This document shows, in pieces, positions 14,859 to 24,800 of a stretch of DNA of 44,698 nt (position 1 is its first letter; every line of letters starts with the position of its first letter). The position numbers were made by a program, and so were the translations under genes. Under the pieces are notes generated by a model. That model saw only the letters and a list, made by a program, of their open reading frames with translations, did not search any database and was not told the origin of the DNA. Location of the stretch: positions 1 to 44,698 of IMG/VR virus record IMGVR_UViG_3300022407_002666; one strand, 5' to 3'. The DNA comes from a virus (Duplodnaviria; Caudoviricetes).

Positions 14859-15250
14859 GCTCTCCCTTTCAGGGCGTCGGCGACGCCCGGCACAATCTTC
14901 TCAACGCTGCGGCCGATGACGTAGCCGCCTAAGCCCAGCTCCACAATGGACCACAGCTTCAGGTACTCGGCCTCGCTCAGGTTGGGTGCAGCCCAGCCGA
15001 ACCAGCGCGCCACGATGAGCGCCCCGAAGGTCAGCATCAGGATCGGGCGCCAGCTCGAGGCCAGCCAGTTCTCACTTGCCGCCTCGGTCTTGACGATGTC
15101 GGCGCGCGCCGTGAACTCGGCAAGCTCGCCCTTCTGCGCGAGCTCCAGCAGCGCGAGCTTGGCCTGGTCGCGCTGTGTCGGGTCCGGCCACAGTCGGTCA
15201 ATGAGCTTGCCGCCCACGTCGAGCGCGGCGGTGATCGGGTCTACTGCCAT
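14855..15250 (-). CDS. Holin (3TM/GTA-holin-like family)
   Basis: MAVDPITAALDVGGKLIDRLWPDP...SSWRPILM...LGLGGYVIGRSVEK; follows the endolysin. Confidence 0.75.
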   Translation of the reverse strand: MAVDPITAALDVGGKLIDRLWPDPTQRDQAKLALLELAQKGELAEFTARADIVKTEAASENWLASSWRPILMLTFGALIVARWFGWAAPNLSEAEYLKLWSIVELGLGGYVIGRSVEKIVPGVADALKGRA

Positions 15251-15669
15251 GTGCCGTCTTTCATTTGCTTGGCCAGCCGCCGCGCGCGCTCGGGCGTTTG
15301 CGTGGCCCATTTGCTCTGCGCCATCAGCAGCGCGGCGTCGGTGTACGCCCCCCGCTCCACCGCCGCCAGCGTCTGCTTAAAGGCCAGCAGCCCCGCGGTG
15401 CCGAGCTGGAAGGCCATGTTCAACAGCACCCCCTGGCGCGCCCCGTCCAGGCGCTCGAACCACGGCAGCGCACGGGTCAGGGCGTCGACGCGGTCGCGGA
15501 TGTCGTTGCTCAGCAGGTAGTCGATCTCGTCGGGGCGCAGGCCCCCGCCCTTGCGCGCGTCGATCAGGCGGCCCACGCCGATGGTGAGGTAGCCCAGGTG
15601 GTCGTTGTAGGCCGATGGGCGCACGCCCTCGTCGCGGCGCAGCTGGGTGGTGAGCTCGCTCAGCATCAC
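15241..15669 (-). CDS. Endolysin, T4-lysozyme/GH24-like muramidase
   Basis: DEGVRPSAYNDHLGYLTIGVG (E-x8-D-x5-T); NMAFQLG; SKWATQTPERARRL. Confidence 0.9.
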   Translation of the reverse strand: MMLSELTTQLRRDEGVRPSAYNDHLGYLTIGVGRLIDARKGGGLRPDEIDYLLSNDIRDRVDALTRALPWFERLDGARQGVLLNMAFQLGTAGLLAFKQTLAAVERGAYTDAALLMAQSKWATQTPERARRLAKQMKDGTWQ

Positions 15670-15950
15670 TTAAACCCGTGGCTCTTCAGGAAGTCGAGGA
15701 ACACGTAGCCGAGGCCGACAATGGCCGACCACACCAGGCCCGCGAGGGACTTCTCGATGATCGCCTGGCGCAGCTTGATCGACTGCTCTTGCTTGATGAT
15801 CGCCAGGCGCACCCACTGTTGCTCGTCGGTGGTGAGGCAGTGGGGCGTGGGCTGCTTGCCAACGTGGCCGACGACGGCCTCCACAATGGCGGAGATCAGC
15901 TGCTCGTCGTGAGCTCGCCTGCGCTCGGATACCGGGATGGAGTCGGTCAT
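15666..15950 (-). CDS. Membrane protein of the lysis cassette (holin/antiholin-like, 94 aa)
   Basis: MTDSIPVSERRRAHD...; coiled coil plus one C-terminal TM helix; first gene after a late promoter. Confidence 0.6.
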   Translation of the reverse strand: MTDSIPVSERRRAHDEQLISAIVEAVVGHVGKQPTPHCLTTDEQQWVRLAIIKQEQSIKLRQAIIEKSLAGLVWSAIVGLGYVFLDFLKSHGFK

Positions 15951-15977
15951 GGTCGGTGGGTGAAAATGCGTTGCCGC

Positions 15978-16009
15978 ATGGTAGACGGCAGGGCTCACGA
16001 CACGGACAC
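15978..16009 (-). promoter_or_regulatory. Late promoter (lysis cassette)
   Basis: GTGTCCGTGTC-N15-TACCAT. Confidence 0.75.
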
Positions 16010-16014
16010 CGGTC

Positions 16015-16040
16015 AAGAAAAAGCCCGCGCTGGGCGGGCT
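16015..16040 (-). terminator. Intrinsic terminator after the tail fibre operon
   Basis: AGCCCGC-CCAGC-GCGGGCT-TTTTCTT. Confidence 0.75.
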
Positions 16041-16048
16041 GGTGGGGC

Positions 16049-16306
16049 TTACTCGGCGGCTCTCGCCTCGATCTCGTAGGGGTTGTTGCGGTAGCCATAT
16101 CGTAGTAGCCAGTAGCTGTACTTGATCAGGTACACCAGCTTGCCGTCGCGCTGCATCTGCTCAAGGTGCTTGCGCTCGTGGCGGATCAAAGCAGCGTGTT
16201 GCTCGTAGCCGGGGGCAAGGTAGATGCTGCCCCAGAAGCTAGTCCAGCCGTGGAAGCCGCAGAGGCGCATGTACCAAAGGATTAGGCCGGTGGCGGTGTG
16301 GGTCAT
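16049..16306 (-). CDS. Small zincin-like HExxH protein (DUF4157-like, 85 aa)
   Basis: LIRHERKHLEQ...NPYEIEAR; TAATG coupling to the tail fibre stop. Confidence 0.65.
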   Translation of the reverse strand: MTHTATGLILWYMRLCGFHGWTSFWGSIYLAPGYEQHAALIRHERKHLEQMQRDGKLVYLIKYSYWLLRYGYRNNPYEIEARAAE

Positions 16307-18822
16307 TACAGATTGCCCTCTGACACCCAAGTGCCGGGATTACCAGCAACTGTACACACCCATCCTTTTGGTTGACCAACAGCAGGCGCTGAGTTTTTGA
16401 CAACCGTACCGGCAGTCCAGTAGATAGCCGCACCGGGGACGTTTGCTCCATAAACCCCGTAGAGATATTCTTTGATGTTTAGCATGGCCCTCAAATCACC
16501 TACATCGCGGCCCGGCGTACACCCGACACCGCCCAAAGTGATTGTTCTGCCGTTTGGAATCACAATGTCAAAGACATATGGGCTACCGGCAGCGAGGTAG
16601 TTTTGCGTAAACTCAATCAACACACGAGTCCACGCGGTGCTAATAGTCTTGTTTAAATTGAATCCGTAATCGCTTGCGCGTGTTGTGGAGAACTGCACGT
16701 TTGATTCCACATCCATCTTGCACCACACCCACAAAGAATACTTCTTCTGGACGTTGTTGGTGTCCACCGTATTTACTCGGATGTAATTGTTGGCCGCAGT
16801 AGCGATGACAGATGTTGCGTTATTCGCAATGCCGTTTTCGTCCGTACTCGTCATGTAGGTCGGCGTTGCGTTAGCGTAGGTGAAATACGCTCCTGCGTTC
16901 ACGTAGCGCGACCAAGTCATCATGTTATTTTTTAGGTCGGTCGGCGGTTCCGAGTAGTCAATGGAATTGAAATTGCCCCGGTTGATGTTCCCAAAATCAA
17001 AAGGCAAGAAGACATTTGGCCCAATCTGATTCTTCCCATTGGCCCCTGTCGTGATCTCCGTCGAAGCAGGATCGAATAGTTTGCAGTAGTCTAGGCCGTT
17101 GTTCTGGATGACGCAGCCTTGCAACTGAATTCCAACGAGTTTGATAAAACCGCCGACTGTCGGTCCTTCAAATCCAACGGTCGGATTGTCGCAAATCTGC
17201 AAATTGGTTACCGGGTTCGCGCCGGTGATTAAAATCGGGTTCCCAGCAATGCGCCCTTCCGAGCCGAATTTGTTACCTATAATTCTGCTATACGAACCAG
17301 TAACCGCTGTTGTTGTGTCAATGCAGATATTGACCGGGGTTGCAGCCAAGTTGCCGACAAACGTATTCCGGTAGATTGTGGCGACGTTTGCGCCGTTTGT
17401 CAGGTGGATGTCGTATCCACTGTTATAGATAAAGACACACCGTTCAATATTCAGCCCGTCAGAAGCCTGCCCATTGTTCCAAACGCCCTTGGCGTTGCCG
17501 CTGAATCGACACTGAGCCACATCAACACTGAACCCAAAGTTTCCGAGCTTGATTGAAGCAGTGGTCTGGTTAATGAAGTTGCACTTGTAAAACGCTGCAG
17601 GCATTGCGTCTGCGTTAATACCGATGTCTGCCGCAATCGCCCCACCTACAAAGTCGATGTATTCAAATACCACGCCTGACTTGTCAGACGATCCAATATA
17701 GTTCCACAAAAGTGCTGTTACGCCATCGTCAATGTTTAGCCGCGCAGGGCCACGGACAATAATCTTAGATTTGGTGATGTTGATGCTTGCCCCAATGCGA
17801 CGCGCCAGTGCGCTGGCGGCAAGAAGCAAACTCCCACCGCCAACAATAGCGTTGCCACCTGTTCCGGTAATTGCGGCAAGGCTAGGTGCTGGTGCAGCAG
17901 TGATTGCCGCTTCAGTGTCAGTTGTTTCGTTAGTGCCGCTATTAACGGCAGATGAATCTGGCACCACACCAAAATCAGCATCACTCACACTCTCCCGCAG
18001 CTTGGTCTGCACAGTCGTAGCCACGGCTCCGGTACCGGCTGGGGTGTAGCTCACGTCGTTCGCGTCCGCGCTGACGCCGACCAGCGCCTGGCCGTAGCGC
18101 ACCAAGATCTCGGCGCCGTTGCTAGGCGCAACAGTAAACACGGCGTTGCCCGCGGTCAGCACGAAGTCGACGCCGGGCACCTGGGTGAAGCCATCAATGG
18201 CCACATCCATGTTGCCGAGCACCGCGGGGTCGGTATCGAGCGCGAACTGCGTGGTCGAGCCGTTGCCGGTGAAGGTGTTGAACCGGTAGGTGGCAAACGA
18301 GATGGCGGTGGCGATGTCTTCCAGCGGGTAGTTCTGCATCGCCGTGGCGGCGGTGTTCCAGCCCAGCAAGGCGTTGGCCTCGGGGGCGGGGAGCAGCGGA
18401 GACGCGCTCGAGGTGACAGGCACCTGCACGGCCCGGCTGGCCACCTCCTCCACCTGCTGCACTTGCATCGTCAACCGGTCGAGCTCGTTCTCCAGCGCCA
18501 GCGGTGAGAAGTTGCCACCCGACGGCAAGTCAAGCGGCTGGTCGTAGGGGAGGTTGCCGATGATGGTGAGCTTGCCGCTGACGGGCAGCGCGCTGCCGCT
18601 CAGGGGGTAGGTGACGGTGCCGCCGGGGCTGGTCTCCTGGTTCGCGTTCAGCGCCACCGAGTAGTCGGTGTTGATCACCCGCACGGTCTCAACGCCGAGG
18701 CTGTCGGCCGTGGTCACCAGGATGTCGGTGGTGGCGAACACCTTGAAGGTGAAGGGCCAGGTGGTTTGTGCGCCGGTACCGAGCAACGGCCCGGCCTTAC
18801 GCGTCGTGGATGGGATCGTCAT
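16306..18822 (-). CDS. Tail fibre/tailspike: T7-gp17-like N-terminal anchor + beta-helix receptor-binding domain
   Basis: N-terminal GTGAQTTWPFTFKVF...LENELDRLTMQVQQ; FTGNGSTTQF domain; GAVATTVQTKLRESVS junction; C-terminal GWVCTVAGNPGTW. Confidence 0.85.
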   Translation of the reverse strand: MTIPSTTRKAGPLLGTGAQTTWPFTFKVFATTDILVTTADSLGVETVRVINTDYSVALNANQETSPGGTVTYPLSGSALPVSGKLTIIGNLPYDQPLDLPSGGNFSPLALENELDRLTMQVQQVEEVASRAVQVPVTSSASPLLPAPEANALLGWNTAATAMQNYPLEDIATAISFATYRFNTFTGNGSTTQFALDTDPAVLGNMDVAIDGFTQVPGVDFVLTAGNAVFTVAPSNGAEILVRYGQALVGVSADANDVSYTPAGTGAVATTVQTKLRESVSDADFGVVPDSSAVNSGTNETTDTEAAITAAPAPSLAAITGTGGNAIVGGGSLLLAASALARRIGASINITKSKIIVRGPARLNIDDGVTALLWNYIGSSDKSGVVFEYIDFVGGAIAADIGINADAMPAAFYKCNFINQTTASIKLGNFGFSVDVAQCRFSGNAKGVWNNGQASDGLNIERCVFIYNSGYDIHLTNGANVATIYRNTFVGNLAATPVNICIDTTTAVTGSYSRIIGNKFGSEGRIAGNPILITGANPVTNLQICDNPTVGFEGPTVGGFIKLVGIQLQGCVIQNNGLDYCKLFDPASTEITTGANGKNQIGPNVFLPFDFGNINRGNFNSIDYSEPPTDLKNNMMTWSRYVNAGAYFTYANATPTYMTSTDENGIANNATSVIATAANNYIRVNTVDTNNVQKKYSLWVWCKMDVESNVQFSTTRASDYGFNLNKTISTAWTRVLIEFTQNYLAAGSPYVFDIVIPNGRTITLGGVGCTPGRDVGDLRAMLNIKEYLYGVYGANVPGAAIYWTAGTVVKNSAPAVGQPKGWVCTVAGNPGTWVSEGNL

Positions 18823-18847
18823 GCGCGGAGCTCCTGCGAATTACCTC

Positions 18848-18879
18848 ATGGTAGGTCGCAGGAGCATCGACACGGACAC
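18848..18879 (-). promoter_or_regulatory. Late promoter (tail fibre)
   Basis: GTGTCCGTGTC-N15-TACCAT. Confidence 0.75.
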
Positions 18880-18880
18880 C

Positions 18881-21800
18881 CTACTTGCTGGCGGGGCTGG
18901 CGGTGCCGCTGACCAGGCCACGTGCCAGGTCGAGCGCGTCGGTCGGCTCCACCTTGCCCTGCTCCACCCCGGCCAGGTAGCCGAGCGGTCGGGCCACTGC
19001 GAACGCAGGCAGCCCGGTCACGATGCTGACCGCACTCGCCACATCCCGCACCGCCTTCTGCCGGTTGCCGTCGTCGGCGATCGCCTTGTAGACCGAGAAC
19101 GGGGCGCTGACGGTGGACTCGATCAGCGACACCGCCGGTGACAGCGAGAACTTGTCGTCGGCCGGGTTGTCGTTGAAGCGGTTGACGGTGAGCTGGGCCG
19201 CCTGCCCCAGGAACGGCACCATCGCGAAGGCGCCCTTGATCGTGCCCATGCCGAACACCGCCATCAGCCAGTCATCCAGGTAGCCGTCCTTGTCCTCGTC
19301 CTCTGGGCCGCCACGCATCGCGTGAGCGATCGCCTCCGCCACCCAGATCGGCGCCAGCATGCCGAGCGTGATGATGCCGAGCGCCTTGCCCGCGCCCTTC
19401 TTGAGGCCCATCTCGCGCGAGACCTGCAGCAGCGCGGTGCCGTTGGTGTTGGCCAGCATGTTGAAGTAGCCGATGAACTGGGTGAACAGGCGGGCCCAGG
19501 CCGGGCCGGTCTCAAGCCGGCTCACGTCCTCCGGCAGGGTCGAGCCCTGGGTGGTGCGGATCACGCTGTCGGCGTGGCGCACCGCATCGCGGTCGCTGTC
19601 GCCCCGGGTGATCGCGTCGTTGTAGGCGGCGGTCCAGATGATCGGCTCCATGGTGTTGGCCATGGCGGTCTGCAGGAAGTAGGCGTGCTTTTGCGTCCAG
19701 GCCTGGCTCTTCTCGTAGAGGCCGGGGTCGAGCAGGATCGCGTCCATCGCGTCGTTGATCGCGGCGATCTCGTTCTCCATGCGGTTGGCCATGAAGCTGC
19801 TGGCGTCTGCCACCGCCTTGGCGGTTTGCTTAGGCGAGGCGATGAACGTCGCCGTGGCCCGCATCATGCTGGCGGGCTTGACCTTGATCGCCGCCACGCT
19901 GAAGCCGGTGATCTGCTGCAGGGTGTTGCTGACGTTGGCGAACATCAGCGCCATGCCGGCGCGACCGCGGGCTGCGCTCATCACCCGCGAGATGCCGCCG
20001 TCGCCCACGATCGGGGTCTCCACCACCTGGCGGGCGCTGCGGCTCAACCAGGGGGTCAGCATGCCGGCGTAGATGGTGGGGTCGATGCGCCCGAGCGAGT
20101 AGCTCACGCCCTTGCGCGAGAGCAACTTCTGCACGTCACGCACGGCGGGCTCCATGTGCGAGAACAGCAGCACCTTGTCGATGTGCTGGCCGATGGTGCG
20201 CAGGTCCAGCATCAGTGGGCGGTTGTACTCGACACGGCCCTTGGTAAAGCCCTTGTTGGTGCCGGGGAATGAGAAGCTCATGTTCTCGTTCTCGGCTTCA
20301 GCCAGCTTGCGCAGGTCGACGTCCTGCACGATGCGCGGGTCGGCCTGGGCTGGCACGTAGCCGCCGGTGTAGCTGCCGAACGGTGTGTCGAAGCTGTCGG
20401 CGGTGACCTCGGCAAAGTAGCGGCCAAACACGTCGCGGTGGGTCTTCTGCGCCAGTGGCTTGGTCTGCTCCAGCAGATCCCACACGCCCTGGGCGAAGTC
20501 GTAGTGAGCCTTGGTCAGCACGCCGGTGTCGTGCATGCGCTGCAAGAACGCATCCCAGCGGCCGGTGTTCAGGGTGCCGTCGGCGTTCTCAGTAGCCCAG
20601 CCACGGCCCAGCAGCAGCTTGCGCTTGTTCGATGCGTTGCCGGTGTGCAGGATCGCGTGCAGCAGCTCGGCGTGGCCGATGCCGTTGTGGCCCTCGCCGA
20701 AGGTGTAGTTGAGCTCAGGGGCCACGATCAGGCCCTTGGTGAGGGTAGGCGCCACGTTGTCGATCAGCGCCTGGTAGCGCTTGCGGTAGACCACCCGGTC
20801 GGCGCGGTAGGCGTTGGCGGCGTCCTTCACTGGCTGGAACACCAGCTTGGTGAACTCCGAGCCCATGCCTTGGGCCCACTGCTCCACCCGGCGCAGGATC
20901 GAGCCCACGAACTGCAGCTTGCGGGCGAGCTCCTCGCGCGGAGTCACCGCGCCGGTATCGCCTGGCATCTCGGTGGGCACACCAAGCACCTGCATGCGGG
21001 CTTGCAGCTCGGCCTCGGCGTCGTCCATGTCCATCAAGTTGCCGTCGATCTCCATCTGGCGCGAGCGCTTGGCCAGGTGCCACATGGCCTGGATCTCCTC
21101 GTGCAGGCCGCGCAGCTCCTCCATGGTGAGCGCGTCCAGGGGTTGTGCCATGTTGAGCGCGCCCTGCATGCTCGGCTGCAGCGCGGCGTACATGGCGGGG
21201 TCGTTCTTCTCGACCAGGGCCATGTACTCGAGCGCCGTCTTAGCGCCCTTGGGGGCGACCCCGTAGGCGCCCAGGATGGCGCGGGCGGCGTTGACCACGT
21301 CCGGGTCGCGCCCCTTCTTGACCACCTTCTCGTTGTTGTCGCCGATCACGCGCTTGAAGAACTCGAGGATCTTGCGCATCTCGAGCTGGGCGTCCACCGC
21401 CGCCTTGGCCGCGGCGTTGTTGAGCATCTGGTCTTGCTTGGCTTTGACGGCCTCCTGGGTCTCGCCCTTGGCGGTGGCCTCCTGCCAGCGCTTGCCAGCG
21501 CGGCGCTCGGCGGCGGTGTGCTGCCAGGCCTTCGCCTTCAGGTCGCGCAGCGGGGTGCGGGCGATCACATTCGCCGCGAACTGCTTAGCCGCCTCCATCA
21601 GAGCGTTGATTGTGATCTTGCTGCCCTTGGCGGTGACCTGGCCGGTGTCGGTGCGCGGGTTCAGCATCTCGGCCTGGCTGCGCAGCTCGGTGGCCAGGGA
21701 CCGGGCGCGGGCCTCGTTGTGCACGGCCTCGTTCGCGGCCTGCTCAATGGCACGCTGATCGACCAGGTCGCCGTACTGCTCGAGCATGCGCTGGTCGGTC

Positions 21801-24800
21801 ATGCCCTCGATGACGTCGGACTTCTTGCCGGCGGCGTCGATCGCCTGCAGCATGGTGTTGGCGTCGGGGTAGCCGTAGCTGTCGGCGATGATGGCCAGCT
21901 CGGTGTCGTTGAGCTGCTCCTTGTTCTCCTTGCGCATGGTGGCCAGCATTTCCTTGGCCTGGAACTCCGGCATCGCGTTCACCTCAAGGGTGACCTCGGC
22001 CTCCACCTCCTTGCGCTGCTCGGCAGCCTGTTTCTGGAGTTTCTTGATCTCGCGCGCTCGTGCGTTCACGGTCCACTTCAGATCGCGCAGGCTGCGCGCG
22101 GTGAGCTTCTCGTTGGCCTCAGCGTCGGCCTCCTCGTTCGGCAGCAGACCCGCGACCTCGTTGGCTTGCTGGATCTGCTCCTCGCTCGCGAGCATGCGGT
22201 CGAACACCTGGCGCACTTCGTCGGAGAGCACGATGCCGCTGTCGGGTTTGCCAGCGATGAACGCCTGCAGGCTCTTGTAGACGTTCAGCATCCAAGCGCG
22301 GAACTTGCGGAACAGCGGCTGCAGCTCAAGGCTGGGGGCCTTGCCCTCCATCAGGTACTGCTCAAAGCTCTCGGCAAAGCGCTCGTGGTAGGGGCGCTTC
22401 TGGTCCAGGGTGTAGCTGTTCCAGGTGGCGAGATCCGCCACGCCGAACCACTTGACCAGCGCCGCCATGTCGGTGGCGATGTCCGCCGGCGCACCGGGCT
22501 GGCTCGCCAGGTCCGCCATCACCTCGAGGAAGAAGTGGCCGGTCTCGTGCAGGAAGGTGGAGAGGTCGGCGTTCTCGTTGAGCGCCAGCTCCAGGTTCTT
22601 CGGGCTGAAGGTGCCGCGGGGGCCTTGGTTTAAGGTTTCGGTGTCGGGGCGCTGCGCATCCCCACCGACAGGCGTGTCGGTTCCGCCATCGGGTTGTCCG
22701 CCCGCGGTTTCTCGAGCTTGGCGATCTGCGCTTTCAAGCCCTGCACGAACGGGTTGTCCGCTCCACTGCGGGCCTCCGACTTCGCCAGCTGTTCCTTCAG
22801 CATTTCCAGTTGCGATGGCATCGAGTTTCTCCTGGTACTGGTGGCTAAACGCCACCTGGGTGTCGTGCCAGAACTGACCGGCAAATGCGACGCCGTCGAC
22901 AGTGGCCAGCACGCGCTCGGCGAGTGCTGCCATCTCGTCGGCTTTCGCGTTGATTTTAGCAGCAAGTGCTGCATCGTCCAACCCGCTCAGGTTGTCAAAA
23001 CCATACCGCTGGTCGAACTCGGGCACGTACTGCAGGCGCACGCCCACGGCCGGCGGCATCTCGCCTGCAACCGCACCCGGCATGCGCCGACCATCGACGA
23101 TGACCGTTAGGAACTCGACGCCTTCCTTGGCCAAGTCGGCCAAGACGGCCTCAAGCTGCGCGGCCTGCGCCGCCTCGCGCAAGTAGATCTCGACGCCCGG
23201 CCGGTGTCGCAGCGGGTCGACGTTTTCCCCGTCGCGCAGCACGCGTGACAGGAACGTGGAGTCCTGCCGTGCCTCTTGTGCTTGGCGCAGCATCTCGGCC
23301 CACAGCGCGGTGGGGTCGTACCCTTCGCGCGCCACCACCTCCATGTCGAGCGAGCGCTCGATGCCGCCGTAGCGGCCCTGGGTCGACAGCATTTTCGAGG
23401 CCAGGACTTGGGTGTTCCCGTCGCCCTCGTAGGCGGCCAGGCGGATCTGCTCGGCCAGTCGGGCCATATCCGCGTCGGTGGGGACATAGTCGATGCCCTG
23501 GGTGTCGAGTGACATCTGGGTGGACAGACCGCCCACGAACCGGTCGACCGTGCGCTCGAGTGTGGCGAGCTCGGCGCGGGCGGCTGCCTTGGCATCCGGT
23601 TTGCTCTTGCTCGAGTCGATGACGCGGCGCAGTTCTTTGATGCGCGCCTGGTCGGCATTGCCCGTGAGGCTGGCCTCGAGCTCGAACGAGCCGCCCTCGC
23701 CCGCCGCGCTCGTCCAGTTGTTGACGGTCCAGAGTTCTTTTTCAATGAACCAGACCACGGCCTGCAGGTCGTCGTCGTTTACCTCGGCCAGGACCTTGTC
23801 GGTCTTGAGCTCGTCATCGGCGCGGATGCGTTTTGACGCTTCGGTGAAAATGTCCTGGCCCATGCCGAACTGCAACGTGGTCGTGCCGTCCTCGCGCATG
23901 GCGCCCGACACGCCGGTCTCCGCCATGCTCGGGATGCGCAGGCCGCCCGCCAGGCGCTGCAACATGCGCGCAGCCCAGACGTCGATCGTCGCCCGGGTGC
24001 GGAACCCGATCAGGTTGCCGCTGAAGTTCAGGGCCTTGGGCGCGGTGTCGCCTCGGCCAATGTCCGCGTCGGCGTTCTTGACCACGCGCCACAGGTCGAC
24101 CATCGCGCGGGCGACGTTCTTGCCGTTGAACCCGTACTTCCTGCCCGATTCCTTGGTGGGCAGAAACGAGTCGTCGAGCACGCGCGCGGTTTTCAGCGCG
24201 GCGATTTTGCTTTGGTACTCGGGCAGCCTCTTGATGGCCGCCTTGCTGTATGGGGCCGCTGCCTTGTCGGCCGTTTCAACAGCTTGCTTGAGCGCAGCGT
24301 ATTCTTCGCTCTCCTTGGCCTGAGCTGGAGTCTGGTCCCGGTCCTTTGCGGTTGCGAGAAACTCGTCGCGAGCGGCACGGGCGGCCTTGTACTCGGCAAT
24401 AAACGGCTCGCCCTCGGTCAGGCGTTCGTTGAACCAGCCACGCAGGTCGAGCTCGAGCGCGTCAACCGTGTCGGCCCATTCCACCCATTTGGGCAGCAGT
24501 GTGTCGTAGTCGCCGCGGCTTGCACGGCGCAGCGTGTCGACCGCGTTGGTCCAGTTGTCACGCACGGGCGTGTTGGGACTGGTGGCACCGAGCAGATCCG
24601 CGAACAGGTCGCCCAGTCCACCGAACTCCTGACGCAGGCGGGCGCGCATGGCCTTGTACCAGCCGGCCTGGGCCAGGATGTTCTTGGCGTTCTGGTCCCC
24701 GTTGGCCGCGCGCTGAAACACCCGGCGGACTTCATCGACCATCGCCTTGGCGGTGGCCTTTACCCGCTTCTTGTAGGCGGGCGAGTCCGTGTCAATCTGC

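Noticed and set aside
13266-18822. Diversity-generating retroelement as in BPP-1
   Set aside because: No reverse transcriptase or Avd gene, and no template/variable repeat pair differing at adenines. The two spike C-termini resemble each other only at protein-motif level.
24193-24399. Second nested ORF in the giant ejection gene
   Set aside because: No clear RBS and an R/P/S-rich off-frame composition; the host frame here reads as a normal helix.
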